Positions 40,987-53,542 of a stretch of 64,000 nucleotides of DNA are shown in pieces. A program made the position numbers and the translations under genes. Where the stretch lies: assembly GCA_951406725.2 (NCBI GenBank), contig OX597817.1, positions 95,170,001-95,234,000 of the forward strand. The letters are read 5' to 3'. Origin of the DNA: Octopus vulgaris (Eukaryota). The notes under the pieces were generated by a model, which saw nothing but the letters and a program-made list of their open reading frames with translations, was not told the origin of the DNA and searched no databases. Each line of letters opens with the position of its first letter. The stretch's first letter is position 1.

Positions 40987-42610
40987 GTATGTATGTGTAT
41001 GTGTATGTTTGTGCGTGTGTTTGTATGTGGTATGTACGAATGAAAGTATGTATGTATGTATGTGTGTGTACGTATGTGTGTATGTATGTGAATGTATGCG
41101 TGTGTGCGTGGGGGTGTCCTATGGAGTTGTGTGGGCGTAATGTATGTGTGTATGTGTATGTGTATGTGTATGGGTGTATGTCTGTATGTATGTATGTCTT
41201 GTGTATGTATGTATGTGTGTGTGTGTTTTTGTGTAGGTATGGGCGTAATGTGTGTATGTATGCATGTGTGTGTGTATGTGGGTGTGTATGTAGGTATGCG
41301 AGTGTGTGTGTGTATGTATGCGTGTATGTGGGTGTGTATGTATGTGTGTGTGAGTGTATGTCTGTACGTATGTATGTCTTGTGTGTATGTATGTATGTGT
41401 GTAGGTATGTATGTGTGTGTGTATGTATGTGTGTAAGTGTGTGTGCGTGTATGTATGTAGGTAAGTGTATGTGCACGCGTGCATGCAAGCATGTATGTGT
41501 GTATGTATGTATACACACGCAACACACACACACGCGCACACACACAACGCACGCATATAGGGCCGGCACACCTCAGGAACGCGCCAACCACACCCAAAAA
41601 ACCGAGCTCCATCAATCTCTCAACCAAAAAAAAAAAAGAAAGAAAGGGTGTGCACCTAGGTACAAACATATGCAGGTGTTGCGCGCATGCACGTATGCAT
41701 GCATGCGCGTGTGTGTACGTGTGTAGGTAAGTATGTATGTACGTATGTGTGCGTGCGCGCATGCGTGCACATGTATATGCGTATGTGTGTGTGTATGCAT
41801 GTGTGTGTGTATGTATGTGTGTGTGTGTATGTATGTATTTGTGTGTGTATGTGTATGTTTGTTTGTTTGTTTGTGTGTGTATGTATGTATGTATGTAGGT
41901 GTGTTGGAAGTAGGTATGTGTTTGTTTGTGTGTATATGTATGTATGTATGTATGTAGGTGTGTTGGAAGTGGGTATGTGGGGGGTGTCCAGAAAAAAGGG
42001 GGGGGGTGGAGCGCAGACTAAGAGGAGGGGGCTGTGTTGAGTCCGTGTGGGGTAATGGTTTGTAAAGTAAAGTGGAGCCTGGAATGCGGAAGACTTTTGT
42101 GTGGGGCGAGACCAAACACTGAGATGTCATCGGGGGAATGGTTGGCTGAGCAGAAGTGACGTGCGAAGGGAGAAAGGGACCGTAGGCGAACATCCCTCAG
42201 ATGTTTGGCGAATCGGTCAGACAAACGGCGTCCCGTCTGTCCTATATACAGCATTCCGCAAAGGTTGCATTTAATACAGTATATGAGGCCAGACGAAGTG
42301 CATGTAAAAGAATGTCTGATATGTACAGTTCGCTGGTTGGACCTGGTGACAGCAGTGGTGTTGGTGATGAAGGGGCAGGTGTTGCAGGGGGATCTAGAGC
42401 ACGGGAAAGATCTGTGTGGGGCTGAGGGGGAAGAAGGGAGGGTGCTATGGACCAGGAGGTCGCGTAGATTCCAGGCTCATTTGAAGGAGGACAGAGGTGG
42501 GTTGGGGAAAATGGGGCAGGTCGTGGGATCGAGCTGGAGGCGAAAGAAGGCATGTAGTATCTTCCGACGAAGGGGTAGAGTAGAGGGGTGGAAAAGGAGG
42601 GGAAAGGGGG
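39530..42610 (-). mobile_element. 5'-truncated Neptune-like PLE (GIY-YIG, CA-rich 3' region, hammerhead tail at 39625-39659)
   Basis: MLYIGQTGRRLSDRFAKHLRDVRL..PHGLNTAPSS, close to 4875-5561; tail homologous to 8300-8555. Confidence 0.85.
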
Positions 42611-43359
42611 TGTTGTTGTTGCTGTTTAACCCTGTGTCCAAGCTGACTGATTAGGTCTACAAAGGCATTCCCACCATGATCATTATGTTGTGTCAATGAG
42701 GAACTGTTTCGTGGTCATTTGCCTAACAAGCAACAGCAGTCAAACCTCCACCTTGAACCTCACTTGACCAATTCTCTCTACAAGGAGAAACATTATATAA
42801 ATTTGCAAAGAAAACTATAATGTGACAAATATGATAATTAATTTAATATTTCCAATATGTGATGAACCCTTAGAGAAAAACCAGGGTACATAACATTGCC
42901 TGATCGCCCTAATTACAAAGGTTTTGGTTTGTGCATAACTGGTAAAAGACCCAGGACAAATGTTAAAATGTGCAAGTGTTTTGAAATAGGATATACTTAC
43001 AATTAAAAGAACAATAAAAATACATACTACAACAATGTTTAAAGAAAGAGTAATTTTTGCTATCAGGTTCGTCTGTTTATCTTTATCTGGAGCTAACCTT
43101 TCAAAACTATTGGTCTATACAAACTGGCTCATCTGCCCCACCACTGCATGGCCAAGATAATTGCTTTCTTTCTAATATTTGTTTACAATCAAAGCTTGAG
43201 AACTGAGCCTTCCAGCCATGCTAAACTAAGTACTCTCATAAGAAAACCTTTATGTGATCATTTGACTTGATCTGGGGAACCAATAATATGGCACATTCTT
43301 TGGAATTGAAGTCTTCTAGGCAGGAAGAAGCACCTCTTCTAGGCCAGGCAGAAGCACCT

Positions 43360-45195
43360 CTGACGATATATTTCTGGTAAGGCAACTGCAGGAGAAATAC
43401 CTAGCAAAAGATAAATCTCTGCACTTGGCTTTTGTTGACTAAGAGAAAACCTTTGACAAGGTTCCCTGATCCCGTATCTGGTGGTCAGTGTGGAAACTGG
43501 GAATAGACGAGTGGATGTAAGAGCTGTACAAGCCCTGCACAGGGATGCTTGTCAGTAAGGTGAGGTTTGGCAACAAGTATAGTGAAGAATTCCGGGTAGA
43601 AGTAGGGGTTCACCAAGGATAAGTCCTCAGACCCCTCTTATTTATCATAGTCCTCCAGGCAATAACTGAGGAATTCAAGACAGGATGTTCCTGGGACCTC
43701 CTCTATGATGATGACTTTGCTCTAATAGCCAAGTTACTGCCAGAACTAGAGATAAATTTTAGTGTGTGGAAGCAAGGTCTAGAATCGAAGGGCCTTAAGG
43801 TTAACCTAGCAAAAACCAAAGTTTTAGTAAGTAGGAGGGCTAACAAATGACAAACCCCTTCAGGTAGATGGCCAAGCTCGATCTGTAGAAAAGGCATAGT
43901 TAGAAACTCCATACAATGTACCTGGTGTAAGCTATGGAAACATAAAAGGTGTAGCAATATCAAAGGAAGGTTAACCAGGAAGATAGTTTTTGTGTGTGGC
44001 AGATGCACAGGGGCAATAAACACTGACGACGTACAGAAAACAGATTCCATCACATGCCAAGGGGAAAAACTAGTAGTTGATAGCTTCCACTATCTAGGCA
44101 ATCAAATCTGTTGTGGGGGTGGTTGCTCTGAGAGTGTAGTGGCTAGAATAAGAATAGCCTAGGCAAAGTTCAGGGAGCTCCTACCTCTGCTGGCAACTAA
44201 GGACCTCTTGCTCAGAGTGAAAGATAGATTGTATGATGCATGTGTGCAAACTGCCATGCTGCACAACAGTGAAACACAGGCTGTGACTGCTGAGGACATG
44301 CATAGGCTTGAAATAAATGAAGCTAGTATGATTCACTGGATGTGTAATGTCAATGTGCATACATGAAAGAGTGTGAGCACCCTGAGAGAAAAGTTGGACA
44401 CAAGAAGCATTAAATGTGGTTTGCAAGAGAGATGACTGTGCTGGTATGGTCATGTGTTATGTATGAATAAGGACAGCTGTATGAGGAAGTGCTACACCCT
44501 AACTGTGGAAGGAACCTATGAAAGTGGTAGACTCAGGAAGACATGGGATGAGGTGGTGAAGCATGACCTTCAAACATTGGGCCTCACAGAGGCAATGACA
44601 GGAGACCGAGACCTTTGCAGATATGCTGTGACTGAGAAGACCCATCAACTAAAGTGAAATCATAGCCATGGCTGATATCAGTGTTGCATGTCCAGCCCAT
44701 TTAAGAGTACCCATGATGTGTCAGGCAATATGATATGCTTGAGAAGACCTGTTGAGTCAAGTAAAACCAAAACCAAAATCATAGCTGTGGCCAGTACCAT
44801 TGGCTGGCTCTCGGCTGGTGGCACATAAAAAGCACCATTCGAACATAGTCGATGCTATGTCCAACTGACTGGCTCTCATGCCAGAGGAAAGTAAAAAGCA
44901 CCATCCGAATGTGGATGATGCCAGTACTCCCTGACTGGTTCCCATGCCGGTGGCATGTGAAAAGCACTATCAAAACGTGATTGATGCCAGGGCCACCTGA
45001 CTGGCTCCTGTGCTGGTGAAATGTAAAAAGCACTCACTACACTCTCGGAGTGGTTGGCATTAGGAAGGGCATCCAGCTGTAGAAACATTGCCAGATCAGA
45101 TTGGAGCCTGGTGCAGCCGCTGGCTCTCCAGACCTCAGTCAAACCCTCCAACCCATGCCAGCATGGAAAACGGATGTTAAATGATGATGATGATG
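43360..45195 (+). mobile_element. RTE LINE 3' half, degenerate, with (GAT)n tail
   Basis: RQLQEKYLAKDK..FVD.EK.FD.VP, GVHQG, KTWDEVVKHDL; homologous to 28440-30075. Confidence 0.88.
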
Positions 45196-46871
45196 ATCAT
45201 CATCATCATCATCATCATCGTTTAGTATCCGCTTTCCATGCTAGCATGGGTTGGACAGTTCAACTGGGGTCTGGGAAGCCAGAAGGCTGCACCAGGCCCA
45301 GTCTGATCTGGCAATGTTTCTACAGCTGGATGCCCTTCCTAACGCCAACCACTCTGTGAGTGTAGTGGGTGCTTTTTACATGCCACCGGACAGGTGCCAG
45401 ACGAGGCTGGCAAATAGCCACAATCGGATGGTGCTTTTTATGTGCCACCTGCACGGAGGTCAGGCGAGGCTGGCAATGGCCACAATCGGATGGTGCATTT
45501 TACATGCCACCAGCATGGAGGCCAGTCAGGGAGGCGCTGGCAACGGCCGCGTTCGGATGGTTCTCTTACGTGACACCAGCACTGGTATCACAGCTACAAT
45601 TTCCATTGATGTTGATCGATTTTGATTTTGATTTTGATTTTTACTTGCCTCAACAGGTCTTCGCAAGTAGTGTTTTGTGTCCCAAGAAGGAAAGGTATGC
45701 ATAAGTGGACTGGCTACATCCCAGGTAGAGGCCATGGGTTATGGTCTCACTTGTGCTGCTGGGTCTTCTCACGCACAGCATACTTCCAAAGGTCTCGGTC
45801 TCTAGTCATTTCCTTCATCCATTCTCGCCACATGACCATACCAGCGCAAATGACTCACACTCTGTCGAGTATGAACACTGACATTACACATCCATCAGAG
45901 CATACTGGCTTCATTTCTTGCGAGCTTACGCATATCCTCAGCAATCACGGCCCATGTTTCACTGCCATGTAGCATGGCTGTTCGTACACATGCGTCATAC
46001 AGTCTGCCTTTTACTCTGAGTGAGAGGCCTTTTGTCACCAGCAGAGGTAAGAGCTCTCTGAACTTTGCCCAAGCTATTCTTACTCTAGCAGTTACACTTT
46101 CAGCACACCCGCCCCCACTACTGACTTGGTCACCTAGGTAACTCTGCATTTTTCCTAGCACTGCATGCAATAAGATTAAGCTTATTATTGTTATTATTAA
46201 TATTTTACATTCTATCAACTATTTCTAGTTTTTCTCCCTGGAATGTGGCAGAAGTTGGTCTCTATGCATTTTCAGTGTTTATTGCTCCTGAGCATCTGCC
46301 ACATACAAAAACTATCTTCCTAGTTAGCCTTCCTTTGACATTGCTGCACCTCTTATGTGTCCATAGCTTACACTTGGTGCATCTTATAGAGTTTCTACCT
46401 ATGCCTCTACTACAGATTGAGCAGGGCCATCTACCTGAAGGCGTTTGTGATTTGTCTACCTTCCCACTTATTAGGACTTTAGTTTTAGCTAGGTTGACTC
46501 TAAGGCCCTTCGATTCTAATCCTTGTTTCCATACCTGAAACTTCTCCTCCAGTTCTGATAGTGACTCAGCAATTAGAGCAAGGTCATCAGCATAGAGGAG
46601 CTCCCAGGGGCATCCTGTCTTGAATTCCTCCATTATTGCCTGGAGGACTATGATAAATAGGAGGGGGCTGAGGACTGAACCTTGGTGGACCCCTACCTCT
46701 ACCTGGAATTCTTCACTGTACTCGTTGCCAACCCTCATCTTACTAGCAGCATCCCTGTACATGGCTCGCACAGCTCTCACTAACCATTCATCTATCCCTA
46801 GTTTCCTCATTGACCACCAATGGGATGGTAAGGGATCGGGGGACCCTGTCGAAGGCTTTCTCCATATCAAC
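45196..46871 (-). mobile_element. RTE LINE 3' half, tail-to-tail with the preceding copy
   Basis: VDMEKAFDRVPRS, GVHQGSVLSPLLF, LLYADDLAL, CTKCKLWTHKRC, MLHGSETW; (CAT)n at 45196-45218. Confidence 0.9.
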
Positions 46872-46915
46872 TACTAACCCCAAGATTCCGAGTTCAATTC
46901 CAGGTAGCAACATGG

Positions 46916-46963
<48 letters not shown>

Positions 46964-47429
46964 TCGAAAAATACCTTAGGAATGAGAACCCAGGTTCAAG
47001 ATTTTCCCAAGTCACATGATGAAGGCTGGAGGGTATATCAGCTGAAACATTAGTTTAACAACAAATAAGATGAGGACAAATGTCCGTCACTTGTAAATAA
47101 TGTGGGTATGTGTTAATTACTAAAAGCACGAAAAGAAAGCAATATTAAAAGCTTGACCATCTGGAAATATTTTTAATCTCTAAGAAATTTCTTATAATTT
47201 CAATATCTGAAGTTTATTGAATTTTTAAACTCCAAATTCTCGCAAATTTAAATATTTACTGTATCCACTGCGTCCAATTCTTCATAAATTTAAATACTCA
47301 TTGTATTCAATGGGGAGTAGATTTTAATGTTTAATAATAAACAATATTAATTCATTGCAGGTGATACCTTATGCTTTTATTTGCAATAGTCTCTCATTCT
47401 CACTTGCGTCTATTTTCATTAACGATAAT

Positions 47430-48080
47430 TTAATAATAGCTATATAACTTTGATGTGAGGTACAATTTCAAAAAAATTATCAGTTTCTGGAGTTTGTTAA
47501 ATGAATATTTTTGATAAAATGGAAATTTTTTTATATACCGGTATAATTTTTAAGTGATTTTGTGTTGGTTAAATAGCTGTATAACTTTGATATGAGACAC
47601 AATTTCAAAAATATTATTAGTTTCCAGAGTTTGATAAATGAATATTTTTGATTAAAGGATAATTTTTTGATGTACCAGTATAATCTTTTAAAAGAAAATT
47701 AAGTGATTTTGTTGCTATAGCTGTTTGGAACTCTATAAGCCTTACAATAATAACAATCCTGACCGATTTTGGCCATCTTTTTTTAACATAAAAACCATGG
47801 GAGGAGCCTTTTTGGTAAAAAAAAAAAAAAATTGGAAATATTTTCAGAGGAAAGGGTGAATAATTCAAGGGAGTTTTGGCTGTTTTTTAATATACCAGTA
47901 TAATTTTTGTAAAAAAAAGAAGTGATTTTGTAGTTACGGCTAGTTGGAACACTATAAGTCTTACAATAATAACTATCTGGACAGTTTTTGTTCATTAAAA
48001 ACCATGTGAGGAGACTTTTCAGTAAAAAAAAAAGCAAAATTGTAAATATTTGGAGAGGAAAAGGTGAACAATTCATACAA
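47430..48080. repeat. Interspersed repeat with two internal tandem duplications (~140 bp and ~220 bp); related copy at 52975-53160
   Basis: TATAACTTTGAT.TGAG..ACAATTTCAAAAA occurs twice; TACCAGTATAAT...AAAACCATG.GAGGAG occurs twice and again at ~52994-53140. Confidence 0.6.
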
Positions 48081-49209
48081 AGATGCTCCTCAGCCCACCC
48101 CCATCATATGGAAGACTGGTTTAAAAATGGAAAATCACCATCAAAATAGAGTAGTTCCAACATATTTGGTCTTCCTGATCAGAAACTCCTCCTCCTCAGA
48201 AAAATTCTCCCCACACATTTCTTTATAATCGTAAAAACTTTCATTAAAAGATACTCATTTCCTAGAAGTTATGAGGGAAAAAGTTGGATCGCATGAATTT
48301 TCCCAAACTCCTCTTTCCACCCCCTCGAAAAATTTCTTTTCTATAAATCCCTATATGCTCTGAAGCCACAACATCTAAATGGCATTTGTAAAAAAATTTG
48401 TTAAAAAGTATCCATTTTTCTGGATGTTAGGAAGCAACAAAGTTAGGAGTTATGCTCTTTTATTTATACGATATTTTTTCATTTCATGTTTATTTCATTC
48501 ATTGTTTGCAAGGTTCTCCCTCTCTTTCACATACACTACAAAGCTTACAGATGGGCTGCTAAATTGAAATCCCTAAGCTGCTTTGAGGGAAAGGTAAAAT
48601 TTAACGAAGTGCTTTCCACCTCCATAGTTGGACTACCTTGATGTTTGTTTATAAAAGAGAGATTATGACTGTGATAAAATAATGAAACTAGTCTCTTATT
48701 ATAAAAGGCAGATTTTATCTGCCTCCCTTTGGGAGTTATACAAATCTACAATATAGGATTTCTTCAATTACAATTTACCTAGCAGTTTTAAGAGTACAAT
48801 GCATCGCGTCATGCCAGGTCCAGTTTTTAAAATTTAAACTCCAATTAAGCAAAATTTACAGAAAACTCACATTCTGGTGTGTGTGTCAAATGCTTTTCTT
48901 AGTCTGGTTTACACCACACGCAAACGCACACACACAGTGGGCAACGAATAAAGTGAAAGTAATTGACTTACTGTAGTGAGTGATTCTTTCACTCTGCTTC
49001 CCACTTCCTCTTTCCACACATACACACGCAAATATATAAATAAAATTGTAAGCTAACGTGCGTGTGTGTGAGTGTGTGTGTGTGGGTGTGCGCGTGTGCG
49101 TGTGTGTGTGAGGGTGCGTGTGTGTGTGTGTGTGTGTTTGCGTGTGCGTGAGTGTGTGATAGGAAAGTTTTTTACGACGAATATAACACCTATATCCAAG
49201 TAGCAGAAA

Positions 49210-49690
49210 GATAAGACAGTAAGGTGTGATTTGAGGGAGATTTGGCTGCTATTTCTACCATGTCTAGCTGCCATGTAGGGGTCTCCCTCATAGGCTCATA
49301 CATACATATATACATAGATAAGACAGTAAGGTGTGATTTGGGGGAAATTTGGCTGCTATTTCTACCAGGTCTAGCTGCCATGTAGGGGTCTCCCTCATAG
49401 GCTCATACATACATATATACATAGATAAGACAGTAAGGTGTGATTTGGGGGAAATTTGGCTGCTATTTCTACCAGGTCTAGCTGCCATGTAGGGGTCTCC
49501 CTCATAGGCTCATACATACATATATACATAGATAAGACAGTAAGGTGTGATTTGGGGGAAATTTGGCTGCTATTTCTACCAGGTCTAGCTACCATGTAGA
49601 GGTCCCCCTCATTGGCTCATATATATATACATACATAAGACAGTAAGGTGTGATTTGAGGGAGATTTGGCTGCTGTTTCTACCAGGTCTG
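49210..49690. repeat. 107-bp tandem repeat, about 4.5 copies
   Basis: ATAAGACAGTAAGGTGTGATTTG.GGGA.ATTTGGCTGCTATTTCTACCA recurs every 107 bp; identical short ORFs at 107-bp offsets. Confidence 0.92.
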
Positions 49691-49769
49691 TTAGGCCTTC
49701 TCATGTAAACTCAAGCTTTCTCATGCCTTGACCAAAGCAGAGAATGTATTCTTTTATTCTTCTGCTTTT

Positions 49770-49965
49770 TCCAGCCATTGGTCTGTAGCCATGCTGGGGC
49801 AATGCCTTGAAGAATTGTAGTTTAATGAATCAACTCCACTTTTATTTTTGTAAGCATTGTACTTATTCTATCTGTTTCCTTTGTCAAACCACTAGGTGAC
49901 AGGGATGTAAACAAACCAACATTCGTTGTCAAGCAGTGGTGGAGGACAATCACAAGCACAGACAC
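49770..49965 (-). mobile_element. tRNA-derived SINE fragment
   Basis: GCCATGCTGGGGCA..GCCTT, GTACTTATTCTATC, GATGTAAACAAACCAACA.TCGTTGTCAAG shared with the 57.7-58.8 kb SINEs. Confidence 0.7.
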
Positions 49966-50046
49966 GCACACACACACACATACATGCATACACATATACA
50001 CACATACATACATACATACATATATATATATGTGTGTATATATATA

Positions 50047-50370
50047 TTGCAGCGTGGAAGGTGTTTGTAAGCCATTTAAGAAACACACAAAAACCGTTAC
50101 ATTCACTTCAACATTTAAATTTAATTTGCCAAAATATTTTCGTCGCTTTGAGACCGTGACCTGTTCACTGACAAAAATATCGTGCTAACAGGTCGCGGTC
50201 TCAAAGCGATGAAAATATTTTGACAAATTAAATTTAAATGTTGAAGTGAATCTAACGGTTTTTGTGTGTTTCTTAAATGGCTTATAAACACCTTCAACGC
50301 TGCAACTGTTTTCGTTCCAGCACACGATCTCAGATCAAGTCACTTGCTATGCAAGTACATCTCTGTAACT
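50047..50370 (+). mobile_element. Non-coding fold-back element: 119-bp arms (50047-50165 / 50187-50305), 21-bp loop, TA-flanked
   Basis: Arms are reverse complements with only a few mismatches; contains a variant hammerhead. Confidence 0.85.
50125..50175 (-). ncRNA. Hammerhead-like motif with swapped G3-C8 core
   Basis: Minus strand TTTGTCA-GTGAACA-G-GTC(G/A)C(GGTCTCAAA)GCGAC-GAAA-ATAT-TT-TG(A/G)CAAA. Confidence 0.55.
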
Positions 50371-50467
50371 ATATATATATTTATATATATATATATATGT
50401 ATATTGGTAAAAACAGTAAGATAACAAAAGAAAGAAAGAGACCTCAATATTATGTAAATAGAGGAAA

Positions 50468-50861
50468 TCTTTATATATAAAAGTGAGGTTGTGTGTCTGT
50501 CTCCTACGATTTAGATTCCTAACTACTCCCACATTTTGCGGTGCAGTTTAACCAAAACCGGGTATCTTATAGTCGTGATTCATATCGAGACCGTCTGGGT
50601 ATTAGTGCGCGTCTACGATGAGTCTACGATTTTAAAAAAATTTACCATCAATTTTTCCCATTTTTAATCCATTTTTGACATATATAAGGGAAGTAACTCT
50701 CTAAAATTTATTATTAAATCTCAGAACGTAAAAAGCTACAGTAACACCCCTCCCCCTTTGTGGTTAGCCATATTGAGATGGCTATTATACTTTACATCTC
50801 TAAAAATGCTTATATAATTATTTCCCTTACAAACCCGAGCAACGCCGGGCGATACTGCTAG
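50468..50861 (+). mobile_element. Non-autonomous Helitron, same family as 38163-38538
   Basis: A|TC start, subterminal hairpin CCCGAGCAACGCCGGG, CTAG|T end, no TSD. Confidence 0.85.
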
Positions 50862-51114
50862 TATTTACTAAGAAGTGAGCCTTTATTATATAAATGAATT
50901 ATACGTAAAATATAAAAATTATTAAAATTGGGAATCAAATGTGAAAACATTATCAAGTGAGTAGCAGAAAACTGCCCAGAGGGCAGTCTTTCTGCTAGTA
51001 TATATTATAATGGGGAAAACTGTTTATTAATTAGGTGTATAACAGTTACTAAAAGTACTAAAAGAAAGCATGACCATCTGGAAGTTTCTTTATAAATTCA
51101 TATTCCAAGAAATT

Positions 51115-52790
51115 TGTTTCTTTATTGCCCACAAGGGGCCAACATAGAGAGGACAGCACAGCCTGATCAGGATCAGACATACAGATAAGTATATAAAAAT
51201 TTACAATGAAATAAGATGTGAAATGAATGAAATACGATACAAAAATGAAATTACACACTTACAATGAGGTAGGAGAACAGGTTAAAGCTCCAACCCCACG
51301 AGCCCTGATCTACTATATGAATGATATATGAAAATGAAAAATGAAAATGTGCTGCTTGCCCCACCTCAAGCAGCATCACTTACTTCCTTTTATCTTGGGA
51401 GTCCTTTTAATACGTCCAAGCCATTTTTTCTATCAGTTCCTTATAACCAATATTGTCCGTTATCCTTTTTAAGTCTGCATAAATTTTCCAATATTTGTAT
51501 CCTTTTTTATATTTCCTTACTTCTTCCATTTGTTTCTCCAAAAGTAGCACACATGTGTGCCACCCTACTATATTTGTATATTCTTGAACATTCACAAATT
51601 TCGCTGTTTTCCATTGTTACCTTACAAATCAGTTCCTTGTTCTCCTCATCTGTCAATAAACATATGTAACTAGATTCAAATTGTGTGTTTTGTTGTGTTT
51701 GCTTTTCTTTTTTTTCTTTTGGATTGTGTAGGAAGGAAATGGGTGTGTTCGGTGTCTGTAGGGAGAGTGTTGCTCTGAGAGGGTGTGTATGGGTGGGGTG
51801 GGTATGGTTTGGAGTTCCACTTCACAGTGTCCCTTCTTCCTTCTTTCCTCGGCCACTGTCCACAGTTCTTCCTTTTTCTTTTCTTCCTCCTGTACCTCCT
51901 CTTGCTTCTTCTCTAACTCCTTCTCAGCTTTTTCCAGATTTTGCTCATGTAGAGGGCAGTGTGCTCTAATGTGGTCTTTTTGGTCACATTTAAAACAGCG
52001 AAGGATTTTTCCCTCCACCGACACTCTCAAGATTATGTCTCCTACAGTCACCGTCTCCGCCAAATCTTCCAAGTATTCTACTTCAGCCTGAACAATAAAT
52101 TCTAATGTTTTCCCTTTATCACCTCCTCCGTTTCTGTGGCTTGGAGGATGGCCACTTTCTCCTCACTTCTAAGGAGGACAGCTACTGCAACCCAAGCCAC
52201 ATCTATGTCCGACGGGATTCCCTCTACCCTGATCTTGGATGTCCTGCTTCCAAGATACATGGGTAGAAGGACCACTTTATTCGACTTCACCGTGTTTACA
52301 GCCAGCCTCCTTGTTACTTCCTCCATCTTGAACTGGACCACCACTGCCCCATATTTGCTTCCTCTTGCCAAAAACACAATATCCTTAGATACCACACATA
52401 ATGCCTTCTCAATTGTTTCGGCTTCTACTTGGTCTACCCTTTTCTCTTCTACTGAATAAACTTTATACATAATGGTTCTCTTCACCATGTCCTCCATAAC
52501 TTTCTGTGGTGGCAACAACTTCACGTCACCAATTTGTGCCATTTTTTTATGTTCTTCCATTTTAGACAAGTCTATTTCTTTCCTCCTTACCTCCATTACT
52601 TCAGCGAAGCTCTTTTTACCAAGACATCTGTTCATTCTGTTTACTGCCTTTACTAATTCCTCCTCTGAAGCGGACAACTCAGAACCAATCATATCTGAAT
52701 AAAACATTTTCCCACCAGCCATCGCTATCTCTCGTTAAAATGGAGAGAAAGTACAACCATAAAACCGCTGCAAAGCAGCACAAAACAATC
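51115..52790 (-). mobile_element. Tx1/L1-type element retaining ORF1 and the 3' end but lacking recognisable EN/RT
   Basis: ORF1 (52102-52722 and 51653-52072): LLPMYLGSRTSKIRVEGIP and CFKCDQKDHIRAHC, homologous to 14744-15589; 3' end resembles 10831-10875. Confidence 0.75.
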
Positions 52791-53542
52791 AATAACTCAT
52801 GTTCAATAAACTACAATCAACAAACAAATGTTCGAAGAAATTTCCTATAATTTCGAGTTCTGAACTTTATTGCATTTTTGAACTGCAGAGTATTCCATTA
52901 AGTTTTAATTTGCTATTTGGATAGCCAACAGTTTATTCTATTAATGTATACATAATGTAAAAACATTATTTATAGAATAAAAATTTTTTAATATACCAGT
53001 ATAATTTTTGTAAAAAAATTCGGAAGTTATTTTGTTGTTATGGCTGTTTGGAATGCTATAAGCCTTACAATAATAAACTAGTCAGGCCGATTTTGGCCAT
53101 TTTCTTTTTAAACTTAAAAACTATGGGTGGAGCTTTTTTGGTAAAAAAAAAAAAAAAAGATTCTATACTTTTCTCCTATTAAACTCATTTTATGGAAAGA
53201 TGATGTCAAAGTAACATACGTATGGTCCATTCGTGGAATATAAGCAACAACAAAAATTGTAATCTAAATTTTTACCCCCACCTCAATCAAGTGGAGCCGT
53301 GTGTATGTGTAAGAAGAAAACATTTTCTAACAGAAAAGTATGGTATTAAAATAAATTATCGTTTACATAACTCTTTTTCTAAATCACTGTGGATAAATGC
53401 CAGCAATGACCATCTCAGGCTATCCACTATTTTAATTTCTAAACAGAAACATTTAGGGGCAGGGAGTGGAGTTGCAAAAAAATTCATAATTTCTCAAATT
53501 TTCTTTTTTATAGCATATAAATATATTTAATGGAAAAAATAT

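Noticed and set aside
49210-49690. CRISPR-like periodicity
   Set aside because: Whole units repeat with no unique spacers, the context is eukaryotic and no cas genes are present.
50971-50999. Isolated hairpin plus CTAG (ACTGCCC-AGA-GGGCAGT..CTAG) as a terminator or a separate Helitron
   Set aside because: Probably an orphan Helitron 3' end, but no matching 5' end could be delimited.
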